Shown here in pieces: positions 49,372 to 63,300 of a stretch of DNA of 64,000 nucleotides. Origin of the DNA: Styela clava (Eukaryota); the NCBI RefSeq assembly GCF_964204865.1, contig NC_135255.1, forward strand, positions 6,696,001 to 6,760,000, read 5' to 3'. The notes under the pieces are model-generated. The model saw only the letters and a list, made by a program, of their open reading frames with translations. It did not search any database and was not told the origin of the DNA. The position numbers were made by a program, and so were the translations under genes. How positions within the stretch are numbered: position 1 is the first letter of the stretch; each line of letters opens with the position of its first letter.

Positions 49372-51054
49372 TGACGTCACCAACGAATGAAAACGTCTAG
49401 AAATATCTGCATAATAATAACATCCCTGACTGAGTAGTCACAGCAGACTGCAAAAAATAGAAACTGGTTTTCAAAGTCCAAAAGAAACTAACACAACAAG
49501 AACGGCCTACTTTCATTTTTTTTTTCAATTCTATAGAAAAAATATGATATATTTAAACGTTATTCAATATATGGATGGGTATCATAACTAAATGACAAAA
49601 ATAATGAAACACCGCGATATCGCATCCCCCGTCTTCAAATTTATAGATAAAACGCGCATCTGGTACAATTTATCTTTGGATAATGCTTGGCAATGTCCAG
49701 ATTCTGTTGAATAATATTCTTGAAACTAATTCACGTTGATCGATTAAGAATACCTTGCATCAGGAAATGTGACGTCAGTTGTTTACCACAAGATGTCTGC
49801 AAGAATGAATACCGAGGGTCACAGTTTTACCTGAAAAATCTGAAGATAATGATGTCACACATCCTTAACTTGAATGAATGAAAATTTCACAGGTAATTCA
49901 ACTGTTCTCGCATTTCGAATGAACCAAAGAAAGAAATTTACCCAACAACCATGTTCAATGAAAGCTGGAAATGAATTGATTTTTAACTTGGAGCAGAATA
50001 AGTATGTATATCATACTATTTGATTATTCGCTCATATATATATATGTAGTCTAACTTTTTCAATCTAACATATACTTTCACTACATAAAAAAAATATGGT
50101 CCTACGGTCTTCGTGGCCACTCCGACATTCCACAGTAGCATCATTTTGAAGGGTTATTGCCCAACTTTTCCCCTAAATTTTTAATTGTTGGGTTTTTAGA
50201 ATATTGCTCAACAAAATGAATGTAAAAGACAAATATCTTAATATTCAAAATAGTTTACTTTGATTTTACAAAGTGAATATCTTCCATACCAATATGACAC
50301 CTAGAAACGAGATGCAATTTCACTCTCTTCCCTTTATCGATGTGACTGACAACAAATTAATTTCAGTTTTTTTTTCTTTTTCTATTGACTCTCATCCCTC
50401 GCTTGTAGTTATTTAAAACAGGTCTCATATTAAATTATACACTATTTTATTATTTCTGTCATCTCGGATACAATTTGAGTTTCAACTTGTATCTGACATT
50501 TTAAACTTAATCAAGGTAACTCGAAGATACTTGATTTAAAGCCATGTGGTGACCTAACGGCATAGAATATTTATCTGAATAACCTGCGTATATTGGACCT
50601 TAATTCAAGCGATTCTATTTCGACTCGTATCAAACCAGGTTAAGTTGCGACTATAAACGTTATTAAACGTGCCGCCCTCCACGCACAGGTACGTGTGGCT
50701 TAATGAGCGAAATTTCCCTCGTACAGATTTGACGTCGTTTCGTTAATTTTGATGGGAATAATAGAAAATGGTTACGTGTGTATTTCATCAACCAAGCACA
50801 AAAATTGATAAGCCAAACAGTTTCATTGCCTGTTTCAGAGGCATGGCAAAACTAAATTTGTGCTATATATAACTCTATGTAATATTAGAGGAAATTTCAT
50901 TGGCGTATTTAATTTAATGTTGAAGCAATATTTTGAAAGTTACACGTCAGATGTTAATAACGCACCAAAGCATCCATTATCATAACGTCAAAACTCGATA
51001 TACTAACATAGCAGACATATATTGGTGATGGTAATACCACAAATGATGACGTCA
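49372..51054. promoter_or_regulatory. Cluster of full CRE palindromes upstream of the Ras-like gene
   Basis: TGACGTCA at 49372, 49770 and 51047; the middle site is flanked by CAGGAAAT (ETS-like) and TTGTTTAC (FoxO-like). Confidence 0.4.
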
Positions 51055-53269
51055 TAAATACAAAATTGCAGATAAGTGGAGACTACCGATTGTTCCAGAC
51101 AAAGTTTCAATGTTCTATTTCTTATGTATTTTACCTGGGATTATTTCCAGAAATATCGGTCATTGCACTTTTTGCGAATGACCGCTTTTGAACTTCTTCC
51201 TCCCTTCAAGGCGATTTCAACATCTGTTCGTGGGCAGTAATAGATATGTTGGCTTAAACAAAATCTTCTATTGCCCCTGTTTTTTCTCTCGTTCATACTT
51301 GTTTATTTATTATTTCGGATTTCATGTTGGGAGTTTGCCGTTTAATAAAGTAGTGCTAATTTACTTGTGTTTTAGTTAAATGATAGGGCTTGATTCATAT
51401 TGCGTAATTTAACGTCGCTATTGTTCGCATCTTTTGGAATTAAGTATGTTGTTAACCTGCCTGTACTTGTCGTAAACATCAGCTGCCTTCTATAACAGGG
51501 GTGAGCAATTACTTTCCTGAGTGGGTCAGTCACAGATAATAGACTTGGTTACTGGGCCGAAGGCTCAATATGGAACTATGAATAAAATATGATTTATTCA
51601 CAAATAACTAGCGTAACTGTTGTAGCCTATTTAATGCGTCCAAACGCTTATTAAAATCAGGCTCTAAGCTGCTTGTATTGATTCCTTGGGGCTTATACCA
51701 CTCGTAGGTTTGAATACGTTAGAGAAGACATATTCTTCATAATTTGGAATACTAATTCCGGTGGGTGAGTATGAAATGAAGTACTGTATATGTGGCACGT
51801 TTTATACATCATATTCAAACACTGTATGTATTCATTGGGATGTATTCATTTTAGTCGACGATTCGTTATTTTCCTCTATATTCTCAACAACAACAAAAAA
51901 TATTGTTTTTTAGAAAGCCAAACCTCCAACAGTCGTTTCCGGTGGATTGTCAACTGTAAGCCCTACATCCGCTGTCGAGGTGCACAACTTTGGTCGTCAA
52001 ATTGTACAAAATTTCTAGCAAGTAAGTAATAAGTCAGACGACTGATGTTTTCTTGACTGAAAGAAATAATTGAGAAAACTTCGCCATTGCACCGATCAAT
52101 CATGACTTTCCGCCCTGAGAGGGGAGGGAGGCGCTAGTTCATGTGAATTGCGTGATGTAACAAACATTATGGTAACACAATCATGTAACAATGTGGATGA
52201 CATTCGCTAAATTTATTTCGCATTTTCCCTAAAGCAGGTGTTCCAAAACATTTTGTTCGTGCGGCTCCAAATTATCAGAGAAAAACTCACGGCGCACTCA
52301 CACGAAAAAAAATGCTGACCTCAGATAAAACTCAATTTTGTGATCGTTAATTTGTATATTATGCCTTTTAAAGTTCGTAAACATGTAGACCTAAGGAATA
52401 AAGGCAAACGGTCAACTCTTCCTTTTCTCTCTGCCTGATTATCCTTTGAAATACTGTAAAAATCACTCTTGTTCGCTAAACTCGGTTCAGCAGAAAAATA
52501 AACTGCAGCCTACGAAATTGCAGCTAGTGTCTGCTTTTATTGTTACGTAACAATAGAGGCAGACACTGCGTTACAGAAAATAAACGATGTAGAAAGGTAA
52601 AATGAAGCTGTTGATTTATATATATACAAAACATTCAAAATAAGGAACAATAAAACATTCATAATTAAAATAAATACAATGTGTATAATATTCAATCATT
52701 TATTAGTCATGTTTAACATAATTCTGATAATTTTCGGAGCGCACTCAGCAAATCGCCATAGCGGGCGCCTTGATGTATATTTAGTTGATGATAATTTAAA
52801 AAAGCAAAACAATGCTGAAAGATATAGACACAAAAGTTGTGTATCTGTACCGGTAGGTAAGGCCGGACAGCGTCGAGTTCGATAAAAAGATCGGAAGATG
52901 AGCAACACGAAAATAGTTTAGCAATACGGAAGTAGTGTTCCATTTCAATTTAACAGCAATTTTTTGTTTAGATATCGGGTCCCACTGCATTCACGGAAAA
53001 TTGAAAAGAAAATTAAGGTAATAAGCCTTGTCCCAAGTATTCAAAATTTAAACTCGATTGGTCTATTAATTAATTGCGGAGTAAAGAATCAGTATGTACC
53101 GAGTAGGAATGTGACGGGGTTACTCAGCAATGACCGTTTCTCGTAACTATAACATATTTTATCACGTCACATTTACTAGTATATATCATGTTATTGAGAC
53201 AGAGACATTACAGTTGTGACTTATTTCCAAATTGTAAGTTATTAACGGAATATACTCCCTGATAGTGAA

Positions 53270-53520
53270 AGTAAATTTGCACCCGCAAACTACACCCAGA
53301 ACATTTGTACGTGCACATTTTTCAACCACGGACATTCGCACCCATACAATTCCACCCACAGATTTTTGCACCTGCAAAAAATTGCACCCCGGAAACTTGC
53401 AGTCATACCTTTCTACCCACAGATCTGAGCACCAGCATATAGATTGCACCCGCGTACATTTGCACCCATGGACATCTGCACCCATATACATTCACACATG
53501 GACATTTGCACCCACAGTCA
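53270..53520 (+). repeat. Degenerate ~15-bp tandem array (ACATTTGCACCC core)
   Basis: More than ten imperfect copies, e.g. GGACATTTGCACCCA, GTACATTTGCACCCA, GGACATCTGCACCCA. Confidence 0.75.
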
Positions 53521-54106
53521 TGTTCGCTCTTGAATACCTGAGTTGCAGACAAATTTTAATTACCATGCTAAGAACAGTATAATTATATATTGGAAATGAA
53601 GACAGATTACAAATTTGCATGTATTCTTGATTATGGCGGCTACATTCCATATCTCACTTTTGACGGTCATTTTCTTTCAACAAAATATCGCAAACGTAGT
53701 CGAATACAGTGGTTTTTGATTAATAGACAGTGAAACTGGTCATGGATAAGTTCAATACGTCAGCGTTGAACCAATTGTGCAAGACAAGCGTGACGTTCTT
53801 CGAGAAGGAATATTAGCAGAAAAAAGTAAAAAGCATGAAACGACCTCGACATAGCGGAAGCATAATTTATATGTAGCAAGTTGTTTACAACAACTCGTCA
53901 TAATATTGTCTACCGACGAGGGTTGCCCTTCCCCTGTTTCGAGCTATTGCTCGATCTGAGTTAATGGATGGAAATCTAAATTATTCGCGTGTAGGTTTGC
54001 AGTGAGTTCGTCTTCATTACTATACTAATCAAAACATTATCATATGCGTATTTCGGCGCAAAGGGCAATCAAACCTCTTTTTCCTTCAAATGTCCATGGT
54101 GTAAAT

Positions 54107-55432
54107 CAGTATTTCCCGACCCGAGTCCGTGATCTCAAATGAGTCCGCGAAACGTTTGAATGAGTCCGCAACGAGCCAGAAATTCACTGCGAGCCGCAAA
54201 CGTTTTTGCGAAAGTTGAAAATCAAGTTTATTCACATAACATTATTCAAGTCGATTATTACTAGTAACTGAGTATAGCTGGGCATATATTCGAATATTCA
54301 ACTATTAGAATAGCAATTCACTTTTCGAAAATTTGGTACCAGGTGACGCGACTGGCCAAAGCGATTGGATTTCACAACTCACTAGCGAGTTTCCGATGAA
54401 AACGCGGCCACACGCGTGGTGTTTTTCGCGAGTTCGAACAACATGAATAAATTTTTTCTAGTAGGTGTCAGTGGAGGCAACCGGAATTTTCTAAATTGAA
54501 AAGCGACAATACAAAATACTAAAAATAAAACGGAGAACACCATAACTTTTGTTTTACGATTGTACGCGACCGATGAAAAACGTTTTTTCAGAAATTGCAA
54601 ATCGCAAAAATTTTGGTGATACTGTGGTATTATGTACCAGGGCATTTTCCCTTATAGGCCTCCACATTGGTACGTACCAAATAGTCACTTTGGTAGGTAC
54701 AGTACTGGAGCGCCGTAAGTGTTGTACGAACAGCTCAGATTTGTTGAATCCACGAAAATACGAATCAAAACAAAATATAATCGGGCACTTTACAACGCAT
54801 TTTTGTGTTCACGAATTGTCATGATATTTTATGATTAGTGTTGCTTTTATTTCTTCAACACAGCCGCAGATTAAAAAGATCACCATAAAATTAATAATAA
54901 AGCAAGGCGGTGAATATGTATTTTTGATTTACTAATATACTTTAAAAAATATTTTTAATAAGTAATAAATCAAGTTGTACTTTTGGAAATTTATAGCAGA
55001 TAGTAGGATTTTTTAACAACGATAACAAATTAGCAAGATCTCTAAAAAAAATAAGTAACAAAACTAAATATAATCGTGCAATATGTTAGCAGATTGCCGT
55101 GGCATTTTAAAGAAGTAATGCTATCATCTTGTCATAAGTCGACGCAACCGCGAGTTACCATGAACACAATTAAAATAGAAAGACATTTTAAATTCTCGTC
55201 GTTGTCATGAATTGAATATAGTGCGACAGAAAAGCCATTATACGCAATAAAAAGTCGGCTCTATTAACGGACGCGTAATTGCGTCGAATTTCCGATTTTG
55301 AAATTCGTTTAAATTATGTTGTGTTTGGATTTATTGCACACTGAGTACGGTTGCAATAAACGCACCTTGAGTCCTCAAAGGTTTTCGTCGGTGAGAAATT
55401 AGTCCACGACCAAAAAAGGTAGGGAAACGCTG
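54107..55432. mobile_element. Probable non-autonomous hAT element
   Basis: Ends CAGTATTTCCCGACC ... GGTAGGGAAACGCTG; subterminal GAGTCCGC repeats near both ends; TSD not preserved. Confidence 0.55.
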
Positions 55433-55459
55433 TTTTTATTGCTCATGTAATCGTGGAAA

Positions 55460-55605
55460 CGCTGGTGCAAAAGTACGTGGGTTTAAATGTCCGCGAGTGC
55501 AGTGCCGGGGGTGGAGTACAAATGTTTATGAGTGCAATCTGTATGTTGGTGCTAAAGTCTGCGTGTGCGAACGTCCGTGGGTGCTCAAGTATATAGGTGC
55601 AAAGA
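55460..55605 (-). repeat. Inverted degenerate array of the same ~15-bp unit
   Basis: GGTGCAAAAGT, GGGTTTAAATGTCC, GAGTGCAATCTG and GGTGCAAAGAT are reverse complements of the 53270-53520 unit. Confidence 0.55.
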
Positions 55606-57319
55606 TAATAGAACCCTGCCTGAGGAGAATATGAAATAAAGTTTGTAAATATCATTCATTCTATTATGTCATGAGCGCCTCAATCACCAACGCTTGGCGC
55701 GCTGTTCGACTCGGAAAAGCGATTAAACCTACTGCTACCATTCCGTTCTGACACTCTTGAAATCTATTACTGGACTCTGGCTGCCAGTTGGATGGGAAAT
55801 TCAATGACCTACCCTCATTCCTCTCTTTTCAAAAAAACTAGATGGTGACATTCGACTTCGATGGCCAAGGTACCATTACCATATAAAGGCGTTTCTGACC
55901 TAAAGCTCTTAGAATGGTACTATTGACTGAAGTTGACATGATTTGGATGCAAAAACAGTTTCTATTACAAGATTAAAATTATTAGGATTACGTTTTAAGC
56001 ATTTAAGGTGAACTTAGCTCAAGTTACATACTTGCAACAACAATGATTAGCTACACTAGCTTGGTCATACAATGTTTTTCTTTGCATGTTGTATGGTGAG
56101 GTAACAACAATGTTTAATTGTATAACTCCCACCCAATTTATAATGGCAAATCGGGCAAGGGTCTTGATTATTATACTCAATGTATTTTTTGTGTAGATGC
56201 GAATTAAATGAAGAATAGACATGTATGGTTGGATGCAAGATTGAGCAAACAAAGCTCTCTTCTACTTCAGATCTTCTTCGCAATAATTCTGTATGTTTGA
56301 AGTTTGATTATGCGTTTTTTTTAGGTCAGTGGCGTCCTTAAACATACTTTTCGGATAGTTGGTCCGCCATATTTCCGTCCGTTATTTGCGATCACTGGGT
56401 GTATTCACTTTCTTGTGCGCTCATTGTTTGATCATAATGGAATCCACTAATCAAATCATTATACGCTGAAAAGCCAGCTCTAGCACTTAATCGCCGTGAC
56501 TGTTACACACGGTAATTGGAATTTCCGATTTTGAAACCCCTCCCTTTTGAAAGTCCTGGCTGCGCGCCTGATTACGTAACACCATCGTTCTCAAACTGGG
56601 CGTCGCAAAACTTTTCTTCTTTTGCGGATATGTACCTGCGGTGCGTGGAAAAAGTCAAAATTTTCGTTAGTCTCGTTAAAATCATACTTGAAAACAGGAA
56701 ATAACAATATATTTTTTATTGTAACGATCGAAAATAACAAGCGCCCGTGCTTGAATAAGGGCCGGTTTGAATAAAGGCCCGGTTAAGGAGTTGGTTGAAA
56801 AACATATGGGCCAGGGCTACATAACGAGCATATGTATTTTTACCCATGCATGAATAATGGGGGAAACTTAGCAGTTATGCGAATTGGCGAGACGCTCTGC
56901 GTCCAGTCCAACAGCTGAATCTTGTTTACCACCAAAGCAATACTAACCCCGAATTCTAATGACGATGTACCCACAGTCTAGCCAACTAATTAGCCGAAAA
57001 CCGCCGATAAAATTAGTCATACTGCATATTATAACCAATGTATTTATCTGAAGTTGAATTACAAATATTGCTCAAATTGTTGATGAACTTGCATAACAAA
57101 CCCAATTATGTATGAAATATCTCCAAAACGCCACCGGTATAGCGCCAGCAGTTCATTTTACCAAAGGCTGTTTCATATACCCTCAGATAAGCAATAAAAC
57201 AAAATTACCCTCTCCCGTTCATCGATTTTAAAACAATTATACCATAGCATACGCGTAAGAAACGCTTTCATACGTCGCGGCAATACGACTGAAATTCCTC
57301 CTTTGAAAAATCTTGACTA

Positions 57320-60300
57320 TCAACTAGTTTTAACGTTATTTTTTCGAAGTTCAGTCAAAACTTTATCCAATCTTTTCACAAATAAATCAACATCTCCTTT
57401 AGTCATTCCTATTGCAGCTGCTGCAGTTAAATAAGCTGTTCTGTAATTGTTACAATGAGATCCATATCCCTGGAACAGATACCCCTCAATGTCCTTTGTT
57501 GCATTGGTAGCCACAACCCTATAAAATAATCATACCTGTTTCCCTGTACTAATAGAGGGGAAGTTATAAACAAAATGGTAATGAGGAAATGAAGTGGTGT
57601 ATACCAGAGGACCTAATCCTCGAGTCGCAATGAGTCCTGGATCATTGGGTCTCAAGTCAGGCCCGACCAAACTGATCGCATGGTAAATCGTTTTCACTGG
57701 AATTGATTCCATTCAGCGACTTGTTCGAAATCATTTTCACAAACAAAGTTCCTCAATAAGCCATTTTTTGGGGGGCCCGAGATTCCCAACAGTGGTTACT
57801 ACAAAGAAATAACCAATAATATCCTTTCGAATGATTCAAAATATGTATGCTATTTGTGATGATTTTGTTACAGGTTTGGATTTTCATATACCGGTATATC
57901 TTGGTTGAGAAATTGGCCGAGAATCATCAGCTCAGGTAGGATAATAGTTATGATGATTATAGTCGATAAAATTTAAATGTTCCTAATGCATGGACTGAAG
58001 AGATTTGATATAGGTTATGAATTTTATTGATTGAAAAATATTTTTGATGGCCACAAATAAGAAAATGATGGGGCGACCATTAAAAGAAAACCCCTTTCTT
58101 TTCACCTACATATACGAAAGGGTGAAATAACAAAGGGATTCAAATGCAATCAGTCAAAAAAGTCGAATTAAGTGTGTACAAGGAGTTTGACAGCTTTTAA
58201 GATAACATTACATACTTTTCTTATTACAGCTCTACCCTGAAACAACGATTTATGTCGAATTTTATGAAATAATACAAATAAAGTTGAAATTCTCTTACCT
58301 TGTTCCACTGACACACCTTGTGAACAACATAGAGCCCAATTCTGTGACGTCTTTTTTCTGACTGTTCACCAGGTTTTGTGAGACAGACATTGCTAAAAAG
58401 GATGAATTGTTTTAATATCAACAGCCAAAATAGAGGCTTAAAGCCAGCCTATATTAACAATACAGAGCTAATAATATCTACGGGAGGGTTGGGGGATTCA
58501 CATCTCTTAAAAATTACAGCTGGTTTATTACAATCCATAAATTCATGTCGAAAAAACATAGCAATAAAGTGGAAACGCTACATCTTTATGCTACATGATT
58601 CACATTTCTCAACCTCCGAATATCACTTTTATGTGTTAATAACACAACACTTTCTCAAATGATGTAGAATGGTACGATTCATTAATAATAAAAATTATTT
58701 TCTATATACACAATTCCCAGAATCAAAAAAGGAGTTTTGTGTGTGGCAACAAAAAATTGCATTATTACAACTAATACCCATTGATATAGGATTATGTGGA
58801 GTTTCCAGCACAACTTCACCGTGCTTTGTAGCAACCTTGGTTAATTCTTCCTTTAGGTACTTGTAGTTCTCCTGAAGTAAAGAAAACCCAAGTATAAAAT
58901 AGGAGCTTAATTGGACATTACTACAAACCTACAGAATAATAAGACCTAAGAATATTATAGTGCCTGTGAGGCTCATAAGTGTTGGAAATAACTATGGTGA
59001 AATATTAATTAGATATGAAATATGAAGTTTCTATCCTACAGCTGGAGCCACTGTGATTTCAAACCAGCTTCCTAGCCCTGGTAGAACAACCATTAATCCG
59101 TTAATATTTTCAGTAACATAAAAGTAGCAGTGTTTTATCTTTTGCAACATTCAGTCTCTTTCTCTTAGATTAGCAGGAGACAACGCAAGATAGTGTAATA
59201 TTTTTTGCCTCAAGGTCATGAGAACTCACTCAGAAGAAAAAAAGATACCTCTCTCAGCAAAGGTATGAGTGACCAATGAAATGCCAAGAGTTCCTGAAAC
59301 TAAATATGGTGACTAATTACACACTAGTAAATGCTTGGATTACAATCAAACAATAGTAACCACAGGGAAAGGCGATCATACAGAATTCTAACAATCGTAG
59401 TAACAATAAAATTAATTTTACCTTTCTTTCTTTCAACAAAGCTTCATATTTATTCATTCCCATTTCTAGTAAGGTTATTAAAACATCAAGTGAAGGGGCT
59501 GCTGATGCCCGACCTGCGTAAGTCTTAGCGATTTTATCACCAAAATTTTTGTTCATGACACCGATTACTGCTCCACCCACTGGAACCATGAGATTTTTAT
59601 CACAACTTTGAACAAAAGCATCAAGTCTTCCAACTCTGCTCGCCTAAATTGAATGAAGGATATAAACCTAGAAAATATACACTTTAGGCTTGAGTTAAGC
59701 ATCAGGAACGAACGTCTGGTTCACAGTATTGTAATTTGAAACATCAGGAGATAATTGTCTGTAGGTCGATTGCCGGCAATACTGTGGGGTCAAAATTAGA
59801 GTTTGGTATATTATTATTGATATTGAATTCAAGTTGTATTTTTAAACCCCGGTACCCGCCAAAGTATAAAGTCAGATTTGAAATCTTCTTAGTCGGAACT
59901 CCAGATTTCTAATTGTAGTAATTGAAGCTAAATATCCTGACGAAAACCAGAAGCATTAAATTTACTGAGCATTCCTAATAGATAATTAAAGAAGGATTGC
60001 TTACATCGAAGTTTTTGGGACAAGATTTTTTTTTAGAATTGGAATCGGGAACCAGACTGTAAACTTCCATCAACCCGAAATTAAACCCAAATTTTCGTCA
60101 AGCACGAATCAAAGCTGTTTTTTTTTAGTGCCACAACAATGTTTGTTGAGAAGGATATCAATTTTTCCAGAGTCCGGAAATTGAATAACTTCTGGTCAGG
60201 CGCAGCTCCCTTAACCATTCAATTCTGAGAAACTGAGATGAGGAACACTTTGCTAAACATTCAGGTGCCTATCAATAGTTACTCAATACAGAGGCAAATA

Positions 60301-63300
60301 AACAATTGAGAAGCTCAATTAGTAATTTTCACAGCTCTATGTATCAGTAGAATAAAAAGGGAACACACCAAATGAGTATTGTAATATAAATTTCAGATAA
60401 AAATATGACTCACTTGCTGTATTAAATGAGTACATTTTGATGATTGTAAACCATAGGCATTATTGACTATATGTGGAATATCATGCGATTTGCAGATTTT
60501 TGCAAGCTCTTCTAACCTGAAAATAATAGATAAATATTGGCTATCTTTGTCAAGTATCAAATTGAGGAATTTTATTTCATGAAAATATTAGAACCATATT
60601 ACCGATCCTATACCAGCGAATGATCAATCACCATAATCATTGAAATATAGATACCGGTATATACATATTGGTGATTTCTGTATCTAAAATATTCTAGAAT
60701 TCTAGCGTTGTTCACAAAACCGCTGGTCAACTATAGATTCCTCCACCATCAAGTCTATGCATAAGAAACAAAAAAACTGGTACTGCTCAACTATTTTCAT
60801 ACCCGACATGAACTAGCAACTGAAAGAGAGGTGTCAACTATAGATTCCTCCACCATCAAGTCTATGCATAAGAAACAAAAAAACTGGTACTGCTCAACTA
60901 TTTTCATACCCGACATGAACTAGCAACTGAAAGAGAGGTGTCAACTATAGATTCCTCCACCATCAAGTCTATGCATAAGAAACAAAAAAACTGGTACTGC
61001 TCAACTATTTTCATACCCGACATGAACTAGCAACTGAAAGAGAGGTGTCAACTATAGATTCCTCCACCATCAAGTCTATGCATAAGAAACAAAAAAACTG
61101 GTACTGCTCAACTATTTTCATACCCGACATGAACTAGCAACTGAAAGAGAGGTGTCAACTATAGATTCCTCCACCATCAAGTCTATGCATAAGAAACAAA
61201 AAAACTGGTACTGCTCAACTATTTTCATACCCGACATGAACTAGCAACTGAAAGAGAGGTCATGGTTCACCATATGTGTAAGCCATCTTATCTTCCTCTC
61301 CCCCAGGAAAAATACACAAATCCTATCCTATATATCTAAGAATCAACTTCATTTTGAACATTTATATGTTTCTACATATAACAGTGGTCGACTTTATGTA
61401 CTTTGTGTACTACTGAGCCAAATATACACATTTCAGGTAGCAAGAGGGTCGCACTAATTTTCGCCTAAAAAAACTATTGCCACATTAAACATCATATTTT
61501 GACGCACCTGCAACTTTATTTTCTGTGTTAAATAACCAACAGTAGCGATATTTGACTAATTACTACAAGACAAACAACAGCGCAGATAACAATAAATTCA
61601 TGAGCAACTTTTATCTTTAAAAGTAAAGTCGCTCGAAGACCACAAAAAATTTGATTGCAGCCAGTGGGCTGCAGTTTGCCGAACACTGATATATAACATT
61701 GAATCATCATTTCATTTCACACGATGACAATTTCTATCCGAATTCCTAATATTTATTTTTTTGCCTATTCATTTCAAATTTCCCAACGTCTAGTAAATAC
61801 AAATTTTTTAGAAGGGAAGTAACTGCAGAACTTGTTCGTTGATACAAAAAATAATACCTGTCTGGTACTCGTGGTGCGAAACACGACGTTGTTGAAAATA
61901 CACATAATATTTTTTCAGCACCATATTCCGCGATTGCCTTTTCAACTCCATCAAGATCTGTTCTCAACTCATCTCCTTCTAATTGATTTTCAATGATTAT
62001 TGGTTTAAATCCAGCAGATATAATGGACTGAAATTAAGACAATAATTCATACCAATATGTATCATAATCAGAAATAGATAAGGTTTGATTTGAGAGTTTC
62101 TGGTCTACTTAGTTATTAATTGGGATCACAGTGCAGCAACTGCTGACAGTTTGGTGTGTGCCCATAATGGGGTCCAGGTGAGAGCTATGATTATATATAT
62201 TAGGTTCATAAGCATTAAAAAATATTATTTAGTTTTATGTATACTAAAAGTGTTGTAGTCAAATAAGCTCAGAGTTAAAAGTTAATATTTCCAAATAACC
62301 CAGACGTGCAAAAGGGCGGAATTTTGCTAAAGATAGATGATATCTTATTGTGTAAGTCATCTTCAATGATATAGAACCATGGATTATTCGACTTTCGGGG
62401 TGATTTAGGATTATACCCAGACCCAGCCAGAATGTTTCAAATATTAAAAACTCTTTTGATATCCCAAACCTCATCTGTCTCATTGAAACACCATGATTTA
62501 GAATTGAAGGGAGAAAAAAGTGTTGTAAAGGGACGGCAGAAGGGAGCATAGTAAGATTTATTTTACATAAAACACACAACATGTTACAGTTCTTTGCAAG
62601 TAATCCTAGAATAGAATTTACCTTAAAACATGATTTTTGATCGATACGAGGCCATATAATATATTCTGCCCCAGGTCTTAGACTTCTCAAAGTAAGAAAA
62701 CACAAAGTGAGAGTCATTCCAGTTGCCATAGGAACAATAATACAATCTGATGTAGACTTCACACCTAGACTGACGAAAACGTAATATAAACTGTATTTAA
62801 CAAAGTTGAATAAAAACTTATAAGCCTTGAAAGAACGAAACTATGAAGAGGATTAATTAATAACCACTCCTGTAGTATGCGAACCAAGATGGCGGACACC
62901 GAAGTGTAGTACTATTTTATTCCAATTTTCCTTATTTTAGTTCTATTACGAGTTTGGGGACTAGCCAAGTGACTCCCGTAGTATTTGTAACTGAAATTAT
63001 GGCCTAACCTGGTACACATACTTCGTTACAGTGTCCGCCATCTTGGTTCACATACTACAGGAATACCAATTATTAAGACACACTTCCTTTTTATTTATGA
63101 TTATTTTTTAATCAGTTGGATATATAATGATATTAATCTCATTGATAGTCTTATGAAAAACATTAGCGAAGGGGTGTACTGGCTTGTAACTCATTAAATC
63201 TTGAAATAAAAGTTGGAAAGATTTGTGCAGACAAGATTCTTAGTCACAAGAATCTATAAAAATATTTTATAAAGCCAGAATCTTACTGATTAAGGATTGC

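Noticed and set aside
53186-53582. Overlapping 101/105-aa ORFs
   Set aside because: They are translations of the 15-bp tandem repeat.
57000-57316. SECIS element in the SEPSECS 3' UTR
   Set aside because: Several ATGA...AA candidates exist on the minus strand, but none has a pairing helix II closed by a 3' GA quartet.
57948-58000. C/D box snoRNA-like ATGATGA...CTGA
   Set aside because: It is antisense to the host SEPSECS intron, too short, and has no terminal stem.
60726-61260. CRISPR-like array
   Set aside because: Units are contiguous and identical with no unique spacers, there are no cas genes, the locus is a eukaryotic intron, and the unit derives from a SINE.
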